Positions 41,530-53,426 of a stretch of 64,000 bases of DNA are shown piece after piece. Source of the DNA: Octopus sinensis (taxonomy: Eukaryota). The notes beneath the pieces are model-generated. The model saw only the letters and a program-made list of their open reading frames with translations. It did no database searches and had not been told where the DNA came from. The stretch is from the NCBI RefSeq assembly GCF_006345805.1, contig NC_043006.1, forward strand, positions 34,100,001-34,164,000. Reading direction: 5' to 3'. The number at the start of each line of letters is the position of its first letter. The stretch's first letter is position 1. Both the position numbers and the translations under genes were made by a program.

Positions 41530-41672
41530 GGGTCTTGGCTGTCATCAAAATTCACAACCTCCACCACCATCACCACCACCACTAAATAAAACTACTGCTA
41601 CCACCACCACCTCCACAATTCTCTGCTTCTTCTCCTTTGCCACCACCACTACGTCCTCCACCATCAACATTA

Positions 41673-41715
<43 letters not shown>

Positions 41716-41900
41716 CAGTATTGTCATTACCATCATAAACATCACCCTCCTCCTCCATCATCATCATCATCAACATCACTACCCCCATGATCATTGTTCT
41801 CATCATCATCATAATCAATCTCTTCCTCATCATCACCACTGCCATCATTATCAGCATCATTGTCTTCATCCTCCTCTTCATCATCATCATCATCACCATA
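41530..41900. repeat. Mosaic trinucleotide repeat (CAC/CAT/ATT)
   Basis: Direct inspection. Confidence 0.9.
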
Positions 41901-42169
41901 ACTCATATGCTTGTAATAGTTGGTCCTGTCTTCTACATCATAGTATTTTCTCTTATTGTGATCCCACATCATTTCCTTCATGGGGTTTCACTATTTGGGA
42001 TCAGTCCTTCACCCTTTCTTGCCATATCTCCCATGAGCCACCACTGCCACAACTTTCTTCCCCTCCTATACCCAGCTGTTATTCTTCATTTCTTACACAT
42101 GTCCCCAACCAACAAAGCCTTTGCCTGTCCACACTGCTTCTGATCCCTCTTTTATTTATTCTCTCAGCT

Positions 42170-42400
42170 TATCCCTTACCCTACCATTAATGCATACTAA
42201 CATCACATACCCAGCAAACGATATTCACTTCATTTCTTTTGATCCTTTGCAAATTCTTCACATTCAAAGCCAACATACAGCATTGGATGCTGCATCTGAG
42301 CATCATACAGTCTACCCTTCATCTAGTGAGAAACCTTTTGTTGCCAGCAAAGCCAGTGGCTCTTTCAACCTTTTCTTCCATGCTCTCATCCTTCCATGCT
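42170..42400 (-). mobile_element. RTE LINE C-terminal remnant
   Basis: LALLATKGFSL, KGRLYDA, RIKRNEVNIVCWVCDVSMH. Confidence 0.6.
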
Positions 42401-43904
42401 CTCATCCTTCTATCTTCTCATCCTTCCATCTTCTCATCCTGTGGTGAGCTAAATTTCAACAAAACACCCTCCACAGCAAATTAGATCACCATGACTGTCT
42501 CTAACTTCTCCTCTCTCTCCCTCCCTCCCTCCCTCCTACCACCCTCCCCTTCTTTGTCGTATTGGGTTACCCAAGTATCTCTCCTGTAGTAAGGCAGTTA
42601 TATCTGTCCTCGTGCCATATGCTAACCACTTGCCTGGCCCACATCCACTTTTCTCAGTTCCTCTCTCAGCTGAGACATCCTTATCTTGCAGCTACTCGGC
42701 AACCCTTCAAGGGCTGGTGCCATACAAAAAAAGCACTGGTGCCATGTAAAAAGCACCCAGTGCACTCTGGGGAATGGCTGGTGTTGGTAAGGGCATCCAG
42801 CTGTAGAGACCAACATCTTGTGAGTAGATTTGATAAACAGAAACTACCATACATGCATGGAAAATGTGTGTTAAACAATGATGATGATGAAAGACAAACT
42901 GTGTTGGTATTTTACAGATTACAAAAGCAATAATTACTTAGAGAGGAGAGAGAGAGACAGAGAGAGAGACAGACAAAGAGAGAGAGATGGGTTGGAGTTT
43001 ATGGCAAGCTTTTGATATAACAACATGCAGCTTCCCCAGTGTAACTGAGAACAACAGGGCTACATTCTTGGTGATGGAGGGTCCTGCATCATCTGTCTTA
43101 GTGGTCTTTCTGGGTCATCTGGCTGATGAAAAATGTGCATTGAATGGTTTTTATAGGGGACTGGAAGTCAAATTTTAGAATGTTTGAGAAAACCTGTCCA
43201 TGTCATTACTTCATACTGACTTCTCAGTTAATTGACCAATCGGGTGAAATTATGGTAGTTTGTTTTTGATGTTTGACTGCATATGCAGAGATTAAGTTTT
43301 GAACCCTTGTTACACAACATTTTGGGGGCATTTTCAAAAGAACATACTTGTGCAGATGAGAATTTGTCACCTCCCATATAAGAAAGTGAATAAAGCATTC
43401 ACTGATGTTGCAAATAGATGCCTGACTAAATAAAAACCCAGTATATGCAATTGAGGTTGTATTAAGTTAAAATGTTCATCTCTGTATCTTATTACTGTAT
43501 ATACACTTATGTATGTATACCCACGTTACATCTACTTACACATTCATACATATGTATGTGTATGCATAAGTATGTAGATACATAAATGTGTGCATATGTG
43601 TATATATATATTTATTTCTTTATTGCCCACAAGGGGCTAAACATAGAAAGGACAGACAAAGGAATTAAGTCAATTACATCGACTCCAGTGTGTAACTGGT
43701 ACTTATTTAATTGACCTCCGACAGGATGAAAGGCAAAGTTGACCTCAGCGGAATTTGAACTCAGAATGTAACGGCAGACGAAGTACCGCTAAGCATTTCG
43801 CCTGGCATGCTAATGATTCTGCCAGCTTGTTGCCCTATATATATATTGCAAGACACATGAAGACCCAGGCACACACATTCACTATATATATGTGTGTATG
43901 TACG

Positions 43905-45232
43905 TTTTCCGGACATGGATGTCCAGATCACTTTGTATCTATAATTAAATCATTTCATGATGAAATGGAGGTTTGGGTCAGTGTTGGTGGTGGCATGGCA
44001 GGACCCATTCCTGTAGAGAATGGTGTCAAGCAGGGTGACATCCTTGCCCCAACTGTCTTTCCTTTTTACTTTGTTGCTGCTTTTACTCATGCTTTTGTTA
44101 AGGTTAGCTCTCTGGGAACATATGTCAGGTATCAATCTTCTGGCTGCCTCTTTAATCTGTGCCAATTTGCTGCCAATTCCAAAGTTTTCAAGTCTCTTAT
44201 TCGTCACCTTCTTTATGCAGATGACTTTGACTTAGTCACTCATACAGTGGATGACATGCAAATACTTATGAATCGTATTTCTGCTTCTTGCAAGGCATTT
44301 GGACTCAGTATTAGCCTGGACAAGACAGTTGTAATGTTCCAAGCTGCACCAGGAAATCCATATATGGAACTAGCTATTTTGGTTGAAGGAGTGATACGGA
44401 AAGTGGTAGACAAATCTGTCAACCTGGGCAACACACTCAGCTGTTCTTGCTCCTTGGTGATGAAATCTTTCAGGTTGCAGAGAGCAACTAATTCCTTCCG
44501 GTCTCTTCAGTCTCATGCCTGGTCCCAGTATAACATCACAAGGCAAGCAAAACTTGATGTGTACCATTCATGTGTACTAACATCGCTCTTTTACTCATGT
44601 GAGACATGGACCCTTTACAAACATCATGTAAAGGTCCTTGAACACTTCCATCAGGGATTTATAAGACACATCCTGAACGTTAGCTGGACCTTAAAAACTC
44701 CAGATGCACAGGTCCTGAGGACAGCTGATATTTTGAGTATCGAGGTGATGGTGCACAAGCATCAGTTATGTTGGACTGGACACCTTATTAGAATGAAGGA
44801 TAGCAGGATCCCTAAACAGATGCTATATGGGGAACTTGTTAGTAGAAAGAGACCCCGGCAGAAACCAAGGCTACAATTTGAGGACTGTGTCATGTCCTCA
44901 TTAAAAACCTGTGATATGCAGGAGACCAAACAGATGAGCAATGTCTGTCATCGCCAAAGATGGAGGAGGCAGGTTAAGGAAGGGGTCAACACCTTTGAAA
45001 GAGCACATAATTTTCATGAAGAATTTAAGTGTGCTGCTCGAAAGCACACTGCTGGTGTAGTGAATGGGGAAAGCTTGGTCTGTAATGTTTGCAGTCATGT
45101 ATGCTTGTCAAGGGCAGGGCTCTTTATCCACCAATGGAACAGCAAATGCAAAATATAAGCTAGTCCTAGAGCGCACAATGTTCCTAAAGGTCAGCAATGG
45201 TCTTCCTCGGTCACAAGTGGATGGTCTCTGTC
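43905..45232 (+). mobile_element. RTE-clade LINE, 5'-truncated (RT, C-terminus, C2H2-like finger)
   Basis: GVKQGDILAPTVF, LLYADD, SCETWTLY, LCWTGHLIRM, QMLYGEL, CNVCSHVCLSRAGLFIH; the ORF track's start at 43755 lies in an upstream SINE. Confidence 0.9.
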
Positions 45233-45240
45233 ATCATGTA

Positions 45241-45288
<48 letters not shown>

Positions 45289-45289
45289 C

Positions 45290-45520
45290 ATTATTTACAT
45301 TTGATGGATATTTGTCCTCATCTTGTTTGTTGTTAACACAATGTTTTGGCTGATATACCCTCCAGCCTTCATCAGGTGTCTTGGGAGAAATTTTGAACCT
45401 GGGTTCTCATTCCTAAGGTATTTTTCGATGTTATTATTATTATATTATTATTCAGGTCACTGCTTGGAATCGAACTCGGAATCTTGGGATTAGTAGCCCA
45501 TGCTCTTAACCACTATGCCA
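45290..45520 (-). mobile_element. tRNA-headed short element with hammerhead-ribozyme-like 3' region (left, complete head)
   Basis: A-box TGGCATAGTGG (45510-45520), B-box GAGTTCGATTCC (45466-45477), CT-ACT-AA anticodon-like loop, (AAT)n linker, hammerhead-like motif. Confidence 0.8.
45335..45380 (-). ncRNA. Degenerate type I minimal hammerhead ribozyme (left copy)
   Basis: GACAC-CTGATGA-AGGCTG-GAGGGTATAT-CAGCC-AAAACATT-GTGTT; inferred GAAACGTT altered at two CpG sites. Confidence 0.65.
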
Positions 45521-45526
45521 TATGGT

Positions 45527-45761
45527 CCAAGATTCTGAATTCGATTCCAAGCAGTGACCTGAAAAATAATAATATAATAATAATAATAACATCGAAAAAT
45601 ACCTTAGGAATGAGAACCTAGTTTTGAAATTCCCCCCAAGACACCTGATGAAGGCTGGAGGGTATATCAGCCAAAAGTTGTGTTAACAACAAACAAGATG
45701 AGGACAAATATCCGTCAAATGTAAATAATATACATAATTCATCTCTTAAATATAGAACTGT
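45527..45761 (+). mobile_element. Inverted, 5'-truncated second copy of the same element
   Basis: 45527-45729 is the reverse complement of 45290-45487 with few mismatches; lacks the A-box. Confidence 0.85.
45640..45684 (+). ncRNA. Degenerate type I minimal hammerhead ribozyme (right copy)
   Basis: GACAC-CTGATGA-AGGCTG-GAGGGTATAT-CAGCC-AAAAGTT-GTGTT; stems I and II pair, GAAA core mutated. Confidence 0.65.
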
Positions 45762-46159
45762 ACACACATATATATATATATATCGTGAATGTGTGTGTGG
45801 GGGGGGGGCTTCATGTGCCTTGCAAAAAGGGAAAGGGAACCATCTAGCATTTTAGTCAGATAAGGTACCAGTAATATCAGTGTCCCATTCAGATTAACAT
45901 TTATTTGTTACCCATTCGATACAACACAAAATCAACTCAAATTTTGATAGAGAATTCCAAAGGAAACCCACCATACAGACCAGGCATTGAATGTGAGTTT
46001 GATTGTGACAAACTAGAAAATGCGATTGTTTTATGATTGATCATCAACTTATGTTAACTTTAATGAAAGTTGTTTGTTTTACATTGACTTCACTAATTGA
46101 ACTCTTAATTATTGGAGCCAGACCTTCCTTAGTTTCAATTGATTGTATTTGCCCCAGGA

Positions 46160-47010
46160 ATCATCATCATCATCATCATATTTTTAGCGTCCGTTTTCCA
46201 TGCTAGCATGGGTTGGACGGTTCAACTGGTCTGGGGAGCCGAAGGGTGCACCAGGCCAGTCAGATCTGGCAGTGTTTTCTACAGCTGGATGCCCTTCCTA
46301 ACGCCAACCACTCCGAGAGTGTAGTGGGTGATTTTATGTGCCACCGACACAGGTTGCCAGACGAGGCTGGCGAACGGCCACGCTCGGATGGTGTTTTATG
46401 TGCCACCGACACAGGTGCCAGACGAGGCTGGCAGACGGCCACGCTCGGATGTGTTTTTATGTGCCACCGACACAGGTGCCAGATGAGGCTGGCAGGTGCC
46501 AGACGGGGCTGGCAGACGGCCACGCTCGGATGGTGTTTTTATGCCACCGACACAGGTGCCAGATGAGGCTGGCGGACGCCACGATCGGATGGTGTTTGTT
46601 ACGTCCCCAAAGCACGGAGGCCAGTCTATGCGGTGGTAACTGGTAGGCCACGTTCGGATTGTTTTTTCTTGTGTGCCACGGCCTGGTACCACAAAGATAC
46701 CAAATTCCATTTATGCTCATCTATTTTGATTTGTTTTGATTGATTTGATTTTCACTTGCCTCAACAGGTCTTCACAAGTGTCACTTGCCTCAACAGGTCT
46801 TCACAAGTGTCACAAGAAGGAAGGTATGCACAGGTGGACTGTCTACGTCGCCGGGTCTTCGGATGGTGTCTTAAGTGCCACCGACACAGGTGCCAGATGT
46901 GGCTGGCGAACGGCCACGATCGGTGGTTTTCTTGTGTGCCACCGGTACTGGAACCACAAAGATACAAATTCCATTGATGTTCTATTTTGATTGGTTTGAT
47001 TTTGATTTGC
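46160..47010 (-). mobile_element. CpG-intact retroposon with internal ~61-bp GC-rich VNTR
   Basis: (CAT)n tail at 46160; TGCCACCGACACAGG units at about 46338, 46400, 46461, 46542 and 46875, plus variants. Confidence 0.8.
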
Positions 47011-48089
47011 TACCCAGTATTTATTTTATCAATAGTTCAATTGCTGTGCAAGAAGAGAAAAGGCAAAAGTGATTGACTGAAAAAGAAAGCAACTGAGGGG
47101 CATCAAAGAAACTCTTTTGAGTGTTTTTGTTTGACCGGTCAGTTTTTTGTCACAAATCTGCATCTATTTATGTCTATCTGTCTGTCTTGTATTTTATCTT
47201 TTATTTGTTTAGTCATTAGACTGTGGCTATGCTGGGGCATCATCTTGAAGTTCTTGAAGTAGAGCAGTAATATTGGTCTTGAGTTTTGGCACAAGGGTAG
47301 AGATTTGGTCGGTGTTTCCTCCATCTGTGGTGATAACAGGTATTGCTCACCCAGTCGGTCTCCTGCATATCACAAGCTTTTAATGAGGACACTGTTCAAG
47401 TAGTACTTATTTTATTGACCCCAAAAGGATGAAAGGCAATGTCAACTTTGGCAGAATTTGAACTCAGAATGTGGAGACGGATGAAATGCTGCTAAGCATT
47501 TTGCCTGGCATGATAATGATTCTGCCAGCTCGTCACCATCAGAGAAGGAGGTCATAGTGATAGGAATAAAGAGAGAGAGAGGGAAGAGACGTGGGTGCAA
47601 AGTGGAATAGATGTGGGTGAGTCGGTTATTATAGGATGTCAAGTATCATCACAAGAAAGAAACAATGGCCTTAAAATTAAGAGTGCAAAATGGGGCTTGG
47701 CAGACGAGTTGAAAGGAGAGAGAATTGTTATAGAATTAAGAATGAGAGGAAAGGGACTTGGCGGAGCTGTTCAAAAGAAACTTGTTAATCATAGCAGACC
47801 AGGGCTGGGTCATAAAATGGATAGACACTATCAGTGTATAAAGATAAGCATTGTTAAGTGTATCAGTTGCAAAAAATATAGACAGTAATACAAGACGGGG
47901 GGGGGGGTGAAGCAGGAGATGTGACGGTGAATTGGTAACGAGGGGAAGAGAGGTAGGGGAACCAGTGGATGTGTGCAAAGGACAGGAATTTCTCCAAGTG
48001 AAGTACACAGAAGTACAGTAGAGAACAAGTATTAAGGAGAAAATGTAACAAAGGTGAAGAGATGCATACGAGACGTATATAGTTGGGTT

Positions 48090-48400
48090 TGAGCATAATG
48101 ATTTGTGGTAATGTGAAAATGTCTTGTCATAACGATGACAGCAGAAAGTAAATATGTTAGAGAACCTGTTAAAGAGAGCAATGTCTTCATTCTCACAAAA
48201 TATTCCAAGGAATTTTCAGCAATATAAATTGCATGGTGGTTGACTAACCAGGTATGGTTTTTCAGCATCAAATATAGAGCAAGAAATATCGTAATGATTT
48301 AGTCTCAGCCTTGAGATGGTGGTTGTAGGTGATTAGGAATGCACGTCTTTTTCAATTAGATTTGGGGAAAGCACTAACATGTGCAAGGAATCAGTGCTTA
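48090..48400 (-). mobile_element. Penelope-like GIY-YIG C-terminal remnant
   Basis: YDISCSIFDAEKPY...CNLYC and NEDIALFNRFSNIFTFCCHR resemble the PLE W.I....Y...C.LC...LLNKRSE...CRH end. Confidence 0.45.
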
Positions 48401-48669
48401 AAGTCAATCATTGACCAAGTTCGATCAGACAGGACCCTTTCATATAAATACCTTTCTTAAGCCTAATATTATTTGTCTATCTTTCTGCTTTCATGTCCGC
48501 TCAGTGAGGATTCTTCATTTTGCTTTCTGCCTCTCAACTGCTCCACCCTGATATACAAGTTGATGTTTAATATTTGAATTTCTCTGAAAACAACTCAGTG
48601 ACTCTCTGCACCACTCTTATAGAAGCATTTTATAATCCATTCTTATATATATATATATATATATATATT

Positions 48670-49030
48670 CTTTTATTCTGTTATTTACTCCAGTCATTTG
48701 ACTGTGGCCATGCTGAAGCACCGCCTTTAGTCGAACAAATCGACACCAGAACTTATTCTTTGTAAGCCTAGTACTTATTCTATCAATATCTTTTGCTGAG
48801 CCACTAAGTTACGGGGATGTAAACACACCAGCATTGGTTGTCAAGTGATGGTGGTGGGGACAAACAGACACACAAACACACACACACACATATGATGGGC
48901 TTCTTTCAGTTTCCGTAGACCAAATCTACTCACAGTGCTATGGTCAGCCGGAGGCTATAGCAGAAAAGACTTGCCCAAGGTGCCTGGCAGTGGGACTGAA
49001 CCCGGAACCATGTGGCTGGGAAGCAAGCTA
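48670..49030 (-). mobile_element. tRNA-derived SINE (family A)
   Basis: Same head and tail as 21405-21795. Confidence 0.8.
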
Positions 49031-49079
49031 CTTACCACACAGTCACTTCTTTATGTGTAATATGTGTGTGTGTGCCAAG

Positions 49080-51450
49080 TCCAAAGGCGCGGACCACATC
49101 TCTACCAAATTTTAAAAAATTAAAAAAGACAAAGGAAACACACAGACACACCTCTCTCTATCGCTTTCTCTGTCTGTCTGTCTGTCTCTCTCTCTGTAGT
49201 GGACAAGCTTTTTCGCTGTTTTCATTTACAAAATCTTATTCACACGATGAGGTGTCACGCAATATCCCAAGCAGTGGTGATGGGGGGGGTCGTGTTAATC
49301 TGAATAAGAGGCCCCTCACTGCAAGTAAGGACTTGGGACATGACGCTACGTCCAAGCCATGCCAGAATAGAAAAACGTACATCGAGATGCTGATGATGAT
49401 AATGACGATATAAATACGTAAGAGTAAACAAGGCAAGCAAAAAGTGAGTACTCAATACATAAAGTAGAGTGATGGAATTTACTGGAAGCTGAATCTTCAC
49501 TGATGATTACTTTGAGTTCCTTGTCGAACCACACAAACACACACATGAATACACGCACACACACACAGCCACACACACACCTTATGTATTTACTCATGCA
49601 TGACGAAACAAGTCAGGTGTGATTCAACGACAAACAAAACCCACTGTGCGGTCTAATGTTAAGGGAGATAACTCTATCATTACTTTCTGCCTGCGCCGAT
49701 ACGTAAATAATTGCCATTCGCTAAATCTTGTGTTTATACTTATTGATTACAGATATTTCCCTGCTGTAAAGTCTTTCGAGCTCCTCTTTTTATGTGTCTA
49801 AAATAACAATAAACGGAACCTCAACAAAATCAACGAGCGAGAGCCTCTGTTGCTAGAAATAATAACCGCATCTCCCCCACCCCACACAGATCAAGCCCTG
49901 CCGCCTTAAAGATCATATCGGATAATGTCGTTCATACACAAAATACTAGGTTGATCAAATGTGGAGCGGCTTTGATTAATGGTTTGTTCAACGAGGGCTG
50001 ACACGAGGCCAGACAACAACCGCAACTCTTCGAAGATTTATATTCCTTCCTGTCGTTATTGATTGTCCATTCGTGTCTGTTGTTTATGAAGTGATGTATT
50101 GAAGGATGCGACCGGTTTACCTGGCTACAAGTCATCCAGAACCACATTACAGTCTATTTGGGTTTGGCATCATCAACAAAATGGTGTTGGATAAGAAGAA
50201 AAAAACAAGCAAGACGAGGGTTCCAGTTGATCCGATCAACGGAACAGCCCGCTCGTGAAATTAATGTGCAAGTGGCTGAGCACTCCACAGACACGTGTAC
50301 CCTTAACGTAGTTCTCGGGAAGATTCAGCGTGACACAGAGTGTGATAAGGCTGGCCCTTTGAAATACAGGTACAACAGAAACAGGAAGTTGTGGTGAAAG
50401 AGTATAGCAAGGTTCGCTACCACCCACTGCCGGAGACACGTGGAGCTTTAGGTGTTTTCGTTCAATAAATATTCACAACGTCCAGTCTGGGAAGCGAAAT
50501 CGCGATCCTGCGACGGCGAGTCCGATGCCCCAACCACTGGGCCATTGTGTCTCCACCAGGGTGTGGCTCGGTGGTTAGGGTGTTGTACACATGATCGTAA
50601 GATTGTGATTTCGATTCCTGGAGTGTTGTGTTCTTGAACAAGGCACTTTATTTCACGTTGCTCCAGTCCACTCAGCCTGCAAGAATGAGTAACGCTGCGA
50701 CGGACCAGAGTCCCCTCCAGGAGGTAAATATATATACGTCACACGTAACCTTAACTTAGCGGTTCAGCAAAAGATACGGATAGAATATGTAGTAGACTTT
50801 AAACAATAAGTACTGTGGGCAATCTGTTAGACTAAAACCTTTCATAGTGGTACCCCAGCATGGCTGCAGTCAGTAACTGAAACAGTTAGTAGAACATTGG
50901 ACTCTTAATTCTGTGATCTTGGTTCGATTCCAAGTCTGTTAGCTCAATGTTTATTTGAGCAAAACAACAGCGTTCAATACATTCCACGTTTCGTTTACCC
51001 TGTTCTCTTACAAACCCTATCAGCACAGTTACCCCCCCCCCCCGCACTCCATATTACAATTCTCCACTACAACAATAACCCCTGAGTTAATTACCCCTTC
51101 CAACATATTAAGAAGTTTTAAATCATCATCTGTTGTTGTCTTCAAGAGTAATTGTCCTTGTGTGGTTATTGTCTATTGGGGTTAAATGTCCGAGACTCCT
51201 TACAAACACCAGCATTTGTCTTATGAGAAAGCGCAAGACTTCAGAGTAACGCCCCTTTACATAAACAAAAACTATATTCAGAGTTATTTCCCTTGAGTCG
51301 TGTTCTGCGCTTTTACTATTCGCGCAGGGAAGTGATATTTGATAACTTATTATAAAGTCTAAAATAATAATAATAATGATATTCATACGCTTTTTGTAGT
51401 GATACATTTATATATAATTTAGGTAGGGGGCTCCGAAAGGGGTCTCGGGG
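49080..51450. promoter_or_regulatory. CpG-retaining, island-like region; candidate promoter or enhancer
   Basis: About 39 CpG in 49081-50160 versus about 4 in 54001-55000 (manual counts); part is non-repetitive. Confidence 0.45.
50883..50940 (+). pseudogene. tRNA-Lys(CTT)-like fragment (pseudogene or SINE head)
   Basis: CAGTTAGTAGAACATTGGACTCTTAATTCTGTGATCTTGGTTCGATTCCAAG: CT-CTT-AA loop and GGTTCGA T-loop; acceptor stem missing. Confidence 0.5.
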
Positions 51451-53420
51451 AGTAGCGTCCTTGCCTTCTTGAACTAGTTTTTCACCACATTTCTTAAAAA
51501 TCGCGATAGACTCATGTCTACAATCTGAGGTTGGGAATAAGCAAGAGCATGCTCCCCGTAGAAACTCCAGCTCCGAGAAAGCTTCATGATAGCAAAGGAG
51601 AATGTGCACCATCCATCCCAAAAGAAGGTGTAAACCCTCATCTTGAGTTGTGCCAGCATGACTTGCCTTATGATGGCTGACGGCCTGAGGAGAAACTTGG
51701 GGTTGGGAAGTTGGAATGAGGGCAGTCTGCATGGAAGGGGAACTGGGGTGTGTGAGGAATTAAGGAGGCGGAGGGTGGATGTGTGCTGTATGCAGAAGGC
51801 TAGGTGGAGAGGCCAGGATGCAAGATTTGTTGGGGTCAAGGGAAGAACGTACTAGTTGTGGTGGTTGAGAAATAGCAGGGGTGGGGGCGGCTGGAGGTGT
51901 GGGGAGTTTTGATGAAGGAAGAAATCTGTGAGAAGGTGGTTGAGCTCAAGAGAAGGAGTGATAGAGTGATGACAGTAGTTTTAGCATTTGAGGAAGAAGT
52001 GGTGAGGGTAATTTGTGGGTATGGTTCGCTAAGTGGAAGAGGGATCGCTGAGAAAGAGTGGTTCTTTAATGAAATGACGAGTGGGACTTACACAAGGTAG
52101 ATGAATTGGTTTTGGGCAGAGGTGATTTTAATGGACATGTTGGGAAATGGATCCAGGGCTTTGAAGGTGTGCATGGGGGTAACAGAATTGGGGGGAGAAT
52201 TTTGGAAGGAAGGATGCTGTTGGAGTGGCAAATACATGGTTTAGAAAAACAGAGAAAAGGAAGGTGACTTTCTGTGCAGAAGGGAATGAGACAGAGATTG
52301 ATTTCGTGTTGGTTGCCTGGAAAAACAGAAAATATGAGAGATCTGAAGAGAATACCAGGGGAGTTGGATAAGAGGAAAGTTAAAAAGTATGTGAGAAAGG
52401 GAACGGTTGAAAGAAGAAAGATGTGGAAACTGAAGGAAGAAGAAACAAGAGCAAGGTTTGAATAGAGAGTTGGGGAGTTGGGGAGTTGGTAAGCATTGAT
52501 GCACCAGATTTGTGGAAGTCTTTTAAGGAAGGGGTATTGAAGGCATGATAATGGAGATACTGTATGTGGATGACCTTGCTCTGATGAGTGAGACAATGGA
52601 GGGACCGAGGGAGAAGTTTTGGAAATGGAAGAAGGCATTTGAAAGCAAGGGTTTGAAGGTAAACCTCGTGAAGACAAAGGTGATGGTGAGTGGGGTGGAA
52701 GGAGAAGTGTTAGTAAGATGGGTCCATGTGGTGTATGTGGAAGGAGGGTAATAGAAAATGCAGTGTTGTGTACGAGATGTGAGAAATGGATTCATGGTAG
52801 ATGTACGAAAATGAAGAAGGTGACCCCAAGACAGGCAAGAGAGTTTGTTTGTGGAAGATGTGAGAAAGGAGCTGGAGGGCTGGCGAGACCACTGGAAATG
52901 GTATGTGACGAGGTGGCAACGGTGAGAGGGTTTTGTTATTTGGGTGATAGGATGGATATAAGTGGCAGCTGTGACAACGAGCAAGACTTAGCTGGGTGAA
53001 GTTCAGGGAATGTGGAGCGTTTGTTATATGGGAAAAGGTTCTCATTGAAGATGAAAAGAAGGGTCTATAGGAGTTGTGTGAGAGCTGCAATGCTGTATGG
53101 GAGTGAGACATGGTGTCTGAGGGAGAGAGAGATGGCAGTTTTGAGAAGGACTGAGAGAGCAATGGTGAAAGAAATGTGTGGTGTGAAGCTGTTTGATAAG
53201 AGGAGGACTGAGGACTTGATGGGGATGCTGAGGTTGGAGGAATCGGTAGAATGGCTGGCAAGGGGAATGGGTGCAGTGTTATGGGCATGTGTTGAGGAAA
53301 AATGAGGAGCATGTTCTGAGGAGGGTGCTTGAGTTTGAGGTAAATGGACCTCAAAAGCAATGTCGACCAAGGAAAACGTGGAGGGGACAGGTGGAGGGTT
53401 AGCTTGAGGAGGAAGGACGC
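51417..53420 (+). mobile_element. RTE LINE with 5' UTR and APE domain, internally deleted, then RT C-part with PHD-like finger and C-terminus
   Basis: LGSWNEGSL, VDVCCMQKARW, EILYVDDL, CGVC...CTRCEKWIHGRC...CGRC, RAAMLYGSETW. Confidence 0.85.
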
Positions 53421-53426
53421 CCAAAA

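Noticed and set aside
45453-45520. Possible functional tRNA-Ser gene
   Set aside because: No acceptor stem, imperfect anticodon stem and no long variable arm; it is a SINE-type head
46330-46690. Regularly spaced ~61-bp repeats resembling a CRISPR array
   Set aside because: The whole unit repeats with no unique spacers, there are no cas genes, and the context is a eukaryotic retroposon
49234-49309. Inverted repeat TCTTATTCA/TGAATAAGA with inner CACGA/TCGTG
   Set aside because: The stems are short and the 42-nt loop is large; expected by chance in AT-rich DNA and not pre-miRNA-like
49932-50147. 71-aa ORF inside the CpG-rich region
   Set aside because: No recognisable domain or splice context; it may be UTR or regulatory sequence
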